Source: an uncultured beta proteobacterium (GTDB lineage: Bacteria > Pseudomonadota > Gammaproteobacteria > Burkholderiales > JAEUMW01). Taken from it: a stretch of DNA of 64,000 bases. This document shows positions 55,982 through 64,000 of the stretch, one piece after another. The stretch spans positions 11,336 to 75,335 of the forward strand of contig CAVVES010000010.1 of assembly GCA_963747225.1 (NCBI GenBank). Direction: 5' to 3'. How positions within the stretch are numbered: position 1 is the first letter of the stretch; each line of letters opens with the position of its first letter. A program made the position numbers and the translations under genes. The notes under the pieces were generated by a model. The model did no database searches, was not told the DNA's origin, and worked only from the letters and a program-made list of their open reading frames with translations.

Positions 55982-58876
55982 TCATTTGCACGTGATGAAG
56001 CACCGATCGGATATGCACTGGTGGTCCTTGGTGCACGCCTTGCCCTTCGCGAGCTTGTCCTTGCACACATTCGTGCCGATACCTCCGACACCTTTGTTGC
56101 AGTACCTGCCCTGCCCGCAATGATCGTCGTCGCTGCACACGCACTTGCCCTTGGTCGCACCTCCGATCGGCGCACTGCACTGACCGGCTCGGCACTCGTC
56201 ATCGAAGCGACATTCACCGCCCATCGCAACCGACGCTTCGGCCGAGCAGAATCCGGTCTTGCAGCGTCCCGCGCTGCACTGGTGATCCTTGGTGCAGAGA
56301 GCGCCGTTGGCGAGCTTCGGCTTGCAGGCATTCTTCCCGATATCGGCGATCCCGACGTCAACGCCCACGTTGCAGTAGCTGCCCGATGTGCAGTCCGAGT
56401 CCTGCATGCACACGCACTTTCCGGCGGTGATGCCATCGAGCGAGCTGCAGCGGCCAGTGCGACACTGCGCATTGACCAGGCATCTGCCGTCGATGCCGAC
56501 AGAGGCAGGTGTGAAGCAAATGCTCGCATCGCACGCGCCGGAACTGCATTGACGTTCGGACAAGCACCGCTGCCCGTCTTCCAGTTTGGCCTTGCACTTG
56601 TTCGGCTCGATCCCGGTCAACCCGGTCGAGCAGTACCAACCGTTTACGCAGTCGCGATCCTCCCGGCACGCGGTCTCGTTGGTGGCATCCGCCACCTTGA
56701 CGCCGTAGGCACGCTCCCACATCTGGATGAACGTTTCGGCGGAGTTGTCGATCCGCGCGACTCCTGGCGTGTTCAGGGCTCTCAGGTCGGCGACGAAATC
56801 CGGCAGGAACCCAACATGAGCGAGGCCGCGCTCGCCATAGCCGCGGCTCACTCCCTGCGGAGGTTCGCCCTGCGGCTCGACGTAGCCTTTGTTGAGCATC
56901 CGGTTGGCGTAACACGCCTCCAGACCGAAGCGTGGACTGGCCTGGTAGGTGTTGCCGTTGAGATCACTTCCGATCGCAACGGAAACACCCCTCTGATCGG
57001 CGTAGTCGACCATCTGAGCGATCGACCGCGACGAACCGGGACAGTTATTGGCGACGGCCGGACGCGGATCACCGGCGCCCGGTTTGCCCTTGCAGTTGAT
57101 GGAGGCCTGATCCGGGCGCGAGCGGTCGGGCGCGTCGCAGATGTGCTCGAAGCCGGTGCGCAGTCCCACCATCCCGCCCAGCGCCCTGTACATCTCGATC
57201 TGCTCGTCGGTGATCACGAATTCCTCCAGGATGTCCTTGTCCTCGGCATCAAGGAGGCGTCTGAATCGGGCGTGAGAGTTGTAGATCGGATAGCCGCGAA
57301 ACTTTTCCATGAGATAGTCGTGGTAATCCTTGAAAGCGCGCTCCGACATATGGGCGGCATCGATCAGCATGCGCCGTGACACCATTGCATCGGTCAGCCG
57401 CGCCCCGTCGGGCCCCATGCCCACGCAGTTCTTCCCGTCGCAGGTGCGGTTGAAAGCGCCGATGCGACCATCGATGATTTCGCCCGCGAGCTTTCCGGGC
57501 CATTTGACGGCTTGCATGATCTCGAAGGCATCGCGATGCGGTGCGGCACCGGCAAAACGACTGTCGGTCTCGTGCACCGGCTGCATCGCCCGAACCCCCA
57601 TTCCGTACAGGTCGTTCAGTTGATTCGTGAAATCTCCTTCCGAGCGCGGAAAGAGATTGCTCGCTTCGAGCGAAACGACGACCGCGAGCTTGCCCTCGTG
57701 GATGATCTTGCGCGCGTGCCACGGGTGCACGGCGATTTCGTACCAGTCGTGCTCGCGGTCGAACTCGACGAAGGCTGCGACCTGCCGCCGGACGTTGTCC
57801 ATGTCCTCGCACGAGCGCTCGGGGTTGCGCTGCGGATAGATGAGACGCAGCAGCCGGCACTGCGGCTCGTTGTTCACGGCCGAGACCACGATCAGGTTCA
57901 GCCCTCCTTCATGCGCCTGCTTGAGCCAGTCGGCATGCACCTGCTGGTGGCCGATGTCGGTAAAATGCGGCCACGAGGTGAAGTCCGGCTGACCGTTGCC
58001 GTGCCGGTAATTGCCGAGGGTCTTGTTCTGGTAGTCAAAGGGAAGCGCGTGCAGACCTTGCGACTCCTTTCCCGTAAAGACGCGAAGCACGTCGTCGCCG
58101 ACGTTCACCTTGCGACAAGCCTGGAGCGCATCCTTCGCTTGGCCTGTGTGGCTGCCCCAATAGGAGAGACCGGCGGTTCCGAGCTCCGCCGCCTGGTGCA
58201 CGTGCAGGTCCGCGAAGCCGGTGGCCGGATAGTCCCACTCGATGGGGTCCGTGTCGGTGCGGATTCTGTACTGGAAGCGGTTGGCAGACTTCGCGTCCAG
58301 CTTCACGACCAGCACATTGCCGGCGGCGTTGGAGACATCGAAGCTCCAGTTTCGCTTGTCGTCTGGGTCGACCTCCACGTCCCTCTGGACGACGGTCCGA
58401 CCGGATTCATCAAAGCCGCAGATGGTGACGTTCGTCTTCCCACCTTCAACGTCGTGGATCTGGATGCGCGTGGTCGAGTAGGCGGGAGCAAGGGTCGTGA
58501 ACCGACGCCCCGATCCGACGATCAATTGCCCCTCCTGCCACTCCGGGCCCAAGCTGCGCGCGCCAATGGTGGCCCAGCGGTTCTGTGCCGTCGCGTTCCA
58601 CCAGCCCACCATGCCCTCGGCGAGACCCGTCTGGATCTTCGTCGCACCGCAGGTGAGAAACTTGAGCGCCACATCGCGCGTCGGCGAGGCGCACCCGACC
58701 GCAAGGGCGGCTTTCTTGTACTGTCCCCAGACGTCGAGCGCGAGATCCGACATGTCGCCACAACCCGAGGCAAGAACGGATGACGTGGAATGCGCAAGCA
58801 GGAAGCCGGCGAACAGCGCGCGGCTGAGATGGATGCACCGCCCGAGCAGCGGTGCCTGGATACGAACGGATTGCAT
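55982..58876 (-). CDS. Secreted M19 (renal/membrane dipeptidase)-like TIM-barrel metallohydrolase with novel N-terminal domain and C-terminal 32-Cys repeat region
   Basis: 964 aa from the ATG at 58876 (GGAGGG SD) with a signal peptide (…LLAHSTSSVLASGC). The core motifs DLHVHQ, VVSLEAS, QPVHETD, LIDAAHMS, YNSHARF and AIGSDLNG are collinear with M19 metal ligands. The last 231 aa (55985-56677) are repeated CxxDxDCxxGxYC…NxCKxKLxxGxxCxxxxQCxSGxC modules. Confidence 0.75.
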   Translation of the reverse strand: MQSVRIQAPLLGRCIHLSRALFAGFLLAHSTSSVLASGCGDMSDLALDVWGQYKKAALAVGCASPTRDVALKFLTCGATKIQTGLAEGMVGWWNATAQNRWATIGARSLGPEWQEGQLIVGSGRRFTTLAPAYSTTRIQIHDVEGGKTNVTICGFDESGRTVVQRDVEVDPDDKRNWSFDVSNAAGNVLVVKLDAKSANRFQYRIRTDTDPIEWDYPATGFADLHVHQAAELGTAGLSYWGSHTGQAKDALQACRKVNVGDDVLRVFTGKESQGLHALPFDYQNKTLGNYRHGNGQPDFTSWPHFTDIGHQQVHADWLKQAHEGGLNLIVVSAVNNEPQCRLLRLIYPQRNPERSCEDMDNVRRQVAAFVEFDREHDWYEIAVHPWHARKIIHEGKLAVVVSLEASNLFPRSEGDFTNQLNDLYGMGVRAMQPVHETDSRFAGAAPHRDAFEIMQAVKWPGKLAGEIIDGRIGAFNRTCDGKNCVGMGPDGARLTDAMVSRRMLIDAAHMSERAFKDYHDYLMEKFRGYPIYNSHARFRRLLDAEDKDILEEFVITDEQIEMYRALGGMVGLRTGFEHICDAPDRSRPDQASINCKGKPGAGDPRPAVANNCPGSSRSIAQMVDYADQRGVSVAIGSDLNGNTYQASPRFGLEACYANRMLNKGYVEPQGEPPQGVSRGYGERGLAHVGFLPDFVADLRALNTPGVARIDNSAETFIQMWERAYGVKVADATNETACREDRDCVNGWYCSTGLTGIEPNKCKAKLEDGQRCLSERQCSSGACDASICFTPASVGIDGRCLVNAQCRTGRCSSLDGITAGKCVCMQDSDCTSGSYCNVGVDVGIADIGKNACKPKLANGALCTKDHQCSAGRCKTGFCSAEASVAMGGECRFDDECRAGQCSAPIGGATKGKCVCSDDDHCGQGRYCNKGVGGIGTNVCKDKLAKGKACTKDHQCISDRCFITCK

Positions 58877-58987
58877 GATGCGGTCCCTCCCATCAGCAGA
58901 TCGACACCATTCGGTTGCGCGATCCGATTTTGTGCCGACGGCGCTTACGGATGAGATACGAATAGGCGCACCGGTGCGGCGTCTGAA

Positions 58988-59347
58988 ATGGCCGCCGGAA
59001 GAACGGCGCGTCCTTGTAACGAGGGCGCGAACGCGGTGGAGTTCCTGCTGCACGCGCTCGCGGGCTGCGTCACGACCACCGCCGTTCTCCACGCGGTGGC
59101 GTGCGGCATCGAGACCCGGTCGCTGTCGACAGAGCTCGTCGGCAACATCGACGGGCAGGGACTGCTCGCCCTCGACGACGCCGTGCCCGTGGGCTATCGG
59201 CAGATCGAGATCAGGACGGCCATCGAGGCGGACTGCAGCGACGAAGAGCTCGACGATCCGCTCCCGTTTGCGCAGACACGCTCGCCGGTGTGCAACACCG
59301 TCTGCAGGCCGGTTCCGGTGGTGATCGAGCGTGTATCCGGGAGCTGA
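58988..59347 (+). pseudogene. OsmC/Ohr-family protein, apparently 5'-truncated relic
   Basis: …ANAVEFLLHALAGCVTTTAVLHA…GYRQIEIRTAIEADCSDEELDD…RSPVCNTV…PV is the C-terminal ~100 aa of OsmC-like proteins. The usual ~40-aa N-terminal strands are missing, and an in-frame stop lies just upstream. Confidence 0.5.
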
Positions 59348-59492
59348 TGCCGGCAGGGTGCGGGGTGCGGGCTGCGGTCGCGAGGTGGCGGCCCGCATCA
59401 GCGCGCAGTGCCGATTGGTGATAAGGCGTGATGAGTGCTCGGCCCGTTTCTCTATCGCGCCGTCCACCCCCATCGACGGGAAGCGCCGCGCT

Positions 59493-59894
59493 GGTGATGC
59501 GATCGAAGATCTCGCGCTGGAACGTGAACGGACCGAAGCGGTGGTGCAGCAGCGGATCTTCCTGCTGCTCACGCACCCCCGGCGCGCCGCTGATCACCAC
59601 GACCGGCGACGACTCCGCATGGGCACCCGCCATCGCATTGACGACGTTCAACGCACCGACGCCGTAGGTAACCGCGAGCGCACCAATGCCCTGACAGGGC
59701 GCGTAGCCGTCGGCCGCGAACGCCGCGGTGTCCTCGCGCGTCGTGCCGATGTGGACGATCCCGCTCTTCGTGATCTCGTCGTAGAACCGGAGAATGTAGT
59801 CTCCGGGTACGCCGAAGACGTGACGCGCCCCCGCCTCGAAGAGGCGTTGCAGCAGATACTGCCCGATGGTTGAGTGATTGGCGGTGTCCGGCAT
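59493..59894 (-). pseudogene. Truncated duplicate (codons 1-134) of the TPP-dependent decarboxylase gene; direct repeat copy B
   Basis: MPDTANHSTIGQYLLQRLFEAGARHVFGVPGDY…FQREIFDRIT, then the frame runs into unrelated sequence to a stop at 59211. There are 7 aa differences from copy A. The upstream region is unrelated to that of copy A. Confidence 0.8.
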
Positions 59895-60181
59895 GGGCCT
59901 TCTTGGCTGATTTTCTTCTCTTGTTGAATCTTGTGCGACAGGGGAGGAGACTGACTCAACCACGAGTATGCGGTGCGACCTGCGCATATCAACGCACCAG
60001 GACGCGGATCATTCTGGCGCGCAATGCGTCCAATCGCCGTTACCACAGTTGTCGCAGAAGCCGAGCGGCCTCAATGCGCCGGAACGATAGTGGCGCAGAA
60101 TTGGCAGCGGGAGACATTGTCGAACGTTACGTAACCCTCTCGAACGCGCGTGATCTGGACCGTTGCTATGAACCTCGCAGC

Positions 60182-60682
60182 TCACGGTACGGCAACTCCA
60201 GCGCCACGGGTTGCCTTGTGCGGCCTAGGGACCCACGCCGTCTCTTCGCCGCGCCGCTTCCACTGCTCGCGAATGAGCTGAAGATTTCGAGTGGTAGTTT
60301 CGGTCTGCCAAGGCTCCCGCGCCTCGGCGAGCACGTGCGAGAGGGTCGTCGTCGCGCCGTGCTGATCCTTCGCCAGCACGTAAAGCTCGAGGAGCGTTGC
60401 GAATTCCCAGTAGTCAGTTTGCGACCCGGCAAGCCGGCGCTTCACGCCATATAGCACAACGGGCAGCTCGGGCTCGAGATAATTCCAAATCTCCTGCCTC
60501 TTTCGGCGTATTTCCCGGTTGTACAGTTCAACCTTCTCGTCGGCCTCAGCCGTGGTAGACACATCCGAAAGCTCATCGAGCTCTTGCTGCAGTTGGAACT
60601 GCTTGGCGAACAGTTCCGGAGTTGCTTCATCGCGTCGTCGATGCTGCCGGGCATATCTCCCAATCCTCGCAGGGGACGTCAA
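60182..60682 (-). pseudogene. Fragment resembling the C-terminal part of DUF4071 / TRAF-binding-domain-like (TPR-like) proteins
   Basis: …LPVVLYGVKRRLAGSQTDYWEFATLLELYVLAKDQHGA…AREPWQTETTTRNLQLIRE matches my memory of the family's C-terminus. The ORF has no ATG (TTG only) and no room for the N-terminal half, and it looks less GC-rich than its surroundings. Confidence 0.4.
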
Positions 60683-60785
60683 CTACGCCACCATGATAAC
60701 GCCTTGTACGCGCGAAGGAGGAATCGCTGCGTGGAGCACGAGGGCGAGAAGCCGAAGAAGCCCTCGCACCTCGCCGGCAAACCCC

Positions 60786-61571
60786 CTATCGCGCCGTCCA
60801 CCCCCCGTCGACGGGCAGAGCCGCGCCGGTGATGGATTTTCCGGCATCGCTGCAAAGTAGTACTGCCAGCGCGCCGAGTTCCTCTGGCTCAACGAAGCGC
60901 TTCTTCGCCTGCGCGGCGAGAATCACGTCGCGTATTACCTGCTCGTGGCTGAGTTCGTGCACCTTCGCCTGGCTCTCGATCTGCCCTTCCACGAGCGGAG
61001 TGCGTACATAGCCGGGGCAGATGGCATTGCAGGTGATGTCGGCGTCGGCAGTCTCCAGCGCCACCGCCTTGGTCAGTCCGAGCAGGCCATGCTTGGCGGC
61101 GACGTAACAGGATTTGAAGGGCGAGGCGACGAGGGCGTGGGCGGACGCGATGTTGATGATGCGTCCCCAGTTGCGCTTCTTCATGCCCGGCAGCACGGCC
61201 TTGATGGCGTAGAACGCCGAGGAGAGATTGAGCGCGATGAGCTTTTCCCACTTGTCGTCAGGGAACTCCTCCACGGGCGCCACATGCTGGATGCCAGCAT
61301 TGTTCACGAGGATGTCGACGCCGCCGAGCTCGCGCTCTGCTACCGCGATCAGCTCGCGCACCTGGTCCGCGCTGCAAAGATCGGCGCTGCAGTAGATGGC
61401 GCGCACGCCGAAGTCACGCTCGAGTCCTTCGCGCAGCGCATGGATGTCCGGATTCGGCGCACGCGAGCCGTTCAGCACGAGATCTGCACCCGCCTGAGCG
61501 AGCGCTTTTGCGATACCGAGTCCGATGCCGCTCGTAGAGCCGGTGACGACTGCACGCTTGCCCTTCAGCAT
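60786..61571 (-). CDS. bdhA: 3-hydroxybutyrate dehydrogenase (SDR)
   Basis: MLKGKRAVVTGSTSGIGLGIAKALA…ILVNNAGIQHVAP…IINIASAHALVASPFKSCYVAAKHG…AICPGYVRTPLVE…DGGWTAR is near-canonical BdhA. Confidence 0.9.
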   Translation of the reverse strand: MLKGKRAVVTGSTSGIGLGIAKALAQAGADLVLNGSRAPNPDIHALREGLERDFGVRAIYCSADLCSADQVRELIAVAERELGGVDILVNNAGIQHVAPVEEFPDDKWEKLIALNLSSAFYAIKAVLPGMKKRNWGRIINIASAHALVASPFKSCYVAAKHGLLGLTKAVALETADADITCNAICPGYVRTPLVEGQIESQAKVHELSHEQVIRDVILAAQAKKRFVEPEELGALAVLLCSDAGKSITGAALPVDGGWTAR

Positions 61572-63847
61572 TTCATTCCTCCCACCTTCGCCACCGCGAC
61601 CCGGTCGCGCACGCAATCCACGTAATAGCGCATGGTCCCCGTCGCATCGCGCTCGTCGACGAGTCCGTGGATGTCGGTCTCGAACCCGGGAAAGCGCGCG
61701 TTGAACTCGCCGGCGAACTGGAGATACCTGACGATCGTTCGGTTGAAGCGCTCACCCGGGATGAGCAGCGGAATGCCCGGCGGATAGGGCGTGAGCAACA
61801 CGCTCGTGATGCGGCCTTCGAGATCATCGACGGGAACGCGGTCGATCTCGCGGTGCGCCATCCGCGCGAACGCGTCCGCCGGCTTCATCGCGGGCTCCAT
61901 ATCGGAGAGGTACATCTCGGTGGTGAGGCGCGCGATGTCGTTCGCCCGATAGAGCCCATGGATCTGGTCGCAGAGGTCCTTGAGCCCGATCTTCTCGTAG
62001 CCGGGATGGGCGGCGATGAATTCCGGCAGGATCCGCCAAAGGGGCTGGTTGCGGTCGTAGTCGTCCTTGAACTGCTGCAATTCGGTCACCAGGGTGTTCC
62101 AGCGCCCCTTGGTGATGCCTATGGTGAACATGATGAAGAACGAATAGAGCCCCGTCTTCTCGACGATGATGCCGTGCTCGACGAGATAGCGCGTGACGAT
62201 GGCCGCCGGGATCCCGGTCTCTGCGAATTCGCCTCCGACATCGAGTCCGGGTGTGATCACCGTCGCCTTGATCGGATCGAGCATGTTGAAGCCGGGTGCA
62301 AGATCGCCGAACCCGTGCCAGCGCTCGCCCGCTCGCAGCACCCAGTCGTCGCGCGCGCCGACACCCTCCTCGGCGAGGTTTTCCGGTCCCCACACCTTGA
62401 ACCACCAGTCGGCACCGAACTCCGCATCGACCTTGCGCATGGCACGGCGGAAATCGAGCGCTTCCTTGATCGACTCTTCCACCAGCGCAGTACCGCCGGG
62501 CGGCTCCATCATCGCCGCGGCAACGTCGCAGGAGGCGATGATCGCGTACTGCGGACTGGTCGACGTGTGCATCAGATACGCCTCGTTGAACACGTCGCGG
62601 TCGAGGTGCCGCGTTTGGGAATCCTGCACCAGGATCTGCGAGGCCTGCGACAAACCGGCAAGAAGCTTGTGCGTGGACTGCGTGGAAAACACCATGGAGT
62701 CGCGGCAGCGCGGGCGGTCGCGGCCGATGGCGTGCATGCCGGCATAGAACTCGTGGAAGGCCGCGTGCGGCAGCCACGCTTCGTCGAAATGCAGGGTGTC
62801 GATCTTGCCGTCGAGCATCGACTTGATGGTCTCGACGTTGTAGAGCACGCCGTCGTAGGTGCTCTGGGTGATGGTCAGGACGCGCGGCTTGCCCTTCGCG
62901 CCGCGCGCGAGTGGATTCGCCTTGATCTTGCGCTGGATGTTCTCGGGCGTGAACTCGGCGAGGGGAATCGGCCCGATGATGCCGAAGTGATTGCGAGTCG
63001 GCATCAGGAACACGGGAATCGCGCCTGTCATGGTGATCGCGTGCAGCACCGACTTGTGGCAGTTGCGGTCGACGACGACGATGTCACCGGGCGCCACCGT
63101 GGAGTGCCAGACGATCTTGTTCGAGGTCGACGTGCCGTTGGTGACGAAGAAAAGGTGATCGACGCCGAAGATGCGCGCGGCGTTGCGCTCGCTCGCGGCC
63201 ACCGGTCCGGTGTGGTCGAGAAGCTGGCCGAGCTCGTCGACGGAATTGCAGACGTTGGCGCGCAGCATGTTCTCGCCGAAGAACTGGTGGAACATCTGCC
63301 CGACCGGGCTCTTCAGGAACGCCACGCCGCCGGAGTGCCCGGGGCAATGCCAGGAATACGAGCCGTCCTGCGCGTAGTGCGTGAGGGCGCGGAAGAAGGG
63401 CGGCGCGAGGCCGTCGAGGTAGACCCGGGCCTCGCGCACGATATAGCGCGCGACAAACTCGGACGTGTCCTCGAACATATGGATGAAGCCGTGCAGTTCG
63501 CGCAATACATCGTTCGGAATATGGCGCGAGGTGCGGGTCTCGCCATAGAGAAAGATCGGGATATCGGCGTTGCGCCAGCGGATTTCCTCCACGAACGCCC
63601 GCAGGTCGGCGATTGCCTTGGCGGCGAGTTCGGGCGAGCTGAACTCCTCGTCGTCAATCGAGAGGATGAATGCGGAGGCGCGGCTCTGCTGCTGCGCGAA
63701 GCTGGAGAGATCTCCGAAGCTGGTAACGCCGAGCACCTCCCAGCCTTCGTCCTCGATCGCCTTGGCGACTGTCCGGATGCTGAGACCGCTCGCGTTCTCG
63801 GAACGGAAGTCTTCGTCGATGATGACGACGGGGAAGCGGAAGAGCAT
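61565..63847 (-). CDS. Orn/Lys/Arg decarboxylase (large, wing-domain, PLP fold-I family)
   Basis: 760 aa. N-terminal receiver-like wing domain (VVIIDEDF…) and a PLP region (…STHKLLAGLSQAS…). The stop overlaps the bdhA start by 7 nt. Confidence 0.9.
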   Translation of the reverse strand: MLFRFPVVIIDEDFRSENASGLSIRTVAKAIEDEGWEVLGVTSFGDLSSFAQQQSRASAFILSIDDEEFSSPELAAKAIADLRAFVEEIRWRNADIPIFLYGETRTSRHIPNDVLRELHGFIHMFEDTSEFVARYIVREARVYLDGLAPPFFRALTHYAQDGSYSWHCPGHSGGVAFLKSPVGQMFHQFFGENMLRANVCNSVDELGQLLDHTGPVAASERNAARIFGVDHLFFVTNGTSTSNKIVWHSTVAPGDIVVVDRNCHKSVLHAITMTGAIPVFLMPTRNHFGIIGPIPLAEFTPENIQRKIKANPLARGAKGKPRVLTITQSTYDGVLYNVETIKSMLDGKIDTLHFDEAWLPHAAFHEFYAGMHAIGRDRPRCRDSMVFSTQSTHKLLAGLSQASQILVQDSQTRHLDRDVFNEAYLMHTSTSPQYAIIASCDVAAAMMEPPGGTALVEESIKEALDFRRAMRKVDAEFGADWWFKVWGPENLAEEGVGARDDWVLRAGERWHGFGDLAPGFNMLDPIKATVITPGLDVGGEFAETGIPAAIVTRYLVEHGIIVEKTGLYSFFIMFTIGITKGRWNTLVTELQQFKDDYDRNQPLWRILPEFIAAHPGYEKIGLKDLCDQIHGLYRANDIARLTTEMYLSDMEPAMKPADAFARMAHREIDRVPVDDLEGRITSVLLTPYPPGIPLLIPGERFNRTIVRYLQFAGEFNARFPGFETDIHGLVDERDATGTMRYYVDCVRDRVAVAKVGGMKC

Positions 63848-64000
63848 CGGCGTGTACGGGTCCGGAAGGTCTAGTTATGGAGCGCGGTAAGCCTGGCGTC
63901 AGCGAACGGCGGCCACCGCAATGAAGGCGGGAATGCTCCCAGCGAACAACGGCCCCGTCAAGTGCAACGAGGGAAGTCCGCTTCAGCGCTTCTGCGGACC

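Noticed and set aside
53580-56123. 847-aa plus-strand ORF over the Sco and decarboxylase genes
   Set aside because: Shadow ORF opposite two clearly recognisable genes.
59211-59492. Continuation of the truncated decarboxylase ORF beyond codon 134
   Set aside because: Homology to the intact gene stops at 59493. The remaining 93 codons are unrelated read-through overlapping the OsmC-like ORF in antisense.
58877-59572. 5' extension of the hydrolase ORF to 1196 aa (track ORF 55982..59572)
   Set aside because: The extra 232 codons are an alternative frame of the OsmC relic and of repeat copy B, Arg/Ser-rich and without a signal. The ATG at 58876 has a GGAGGG SD and is followed immediately by a signal peptide.
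61667-63874. 735-aa plus-strand ORF over the Orn/Lys/Arg decarboxylase gene
   Set aside because: Shadow ORF; the minus strand encodes the PLP enzyme.

Overview
High-GC proteobacterial chromosomal segment. Gene content and synteny (queG-tsaE-amidase, glnB, dadA, sigma54/NtrC regulators) look beta/gamma-proteobacterial, but no taxon can be proven from this window. I support about 55 protein-coding genes. I found no rRNA, tRNA or CRISPR array and no recognisable integrase or transposase. Positions 0-48 kb hold mostly housekeeping, envelope and regulatory genes: P-II, ArfB, a PAS-GGDEF-EAL protein, a MoxR/VWA pair, SelO, a MacAB-like ABC exporter, a sigma54 two-component cassette, CorA, GGT, QueG/TsaE/amidase, an IorAB-like molybdoenzyme and a UbiB-like kinase. 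Positions 48.7-60.8 kb look accessory. They carry PhoX, a fungal-type galactose oxidase fused to a ricin lectin domain, a CusF-like/Sco copper chaperone and a TPP-dependent 2-keto-acid decarboxylase. Next comes a 3.8-kb mosaic insert bracketed by a 402-bp direct repeat, which is the 5' part of the decarboxylase gene. The insert carries a 964-aa secreted M19-dipeptidase-like hydrolase with a 32-cysteine repeat tail, plus several gene relics. My best candidates for something undescribed are: (1) that secreted Cys-rich hydrolase and its insertion scar; (2) a cytoplasmic multi-PAS/GAF kinase, receiver and NtrC-type activator cassette whose apparent direct target (sigma54 promoter plus two palindromic UAS) is a histidine-poor globin-fold protein and a small membrane protein; (3) a SlyD/FKBP-like domain fused to a fibre-like beta-rich protein; (4) a MoxR-ATPase/VWA-metallopeptidase pair; (5) three tandem paralogous lipoproteins. 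Four single-base frameshifts in conserved genes (sfsA twice, selO, amidase) point to assembly indels or very recent pseudogenisation. All homology statements come from reading the translated ORFs and from recalled family motifs, not from database searches.
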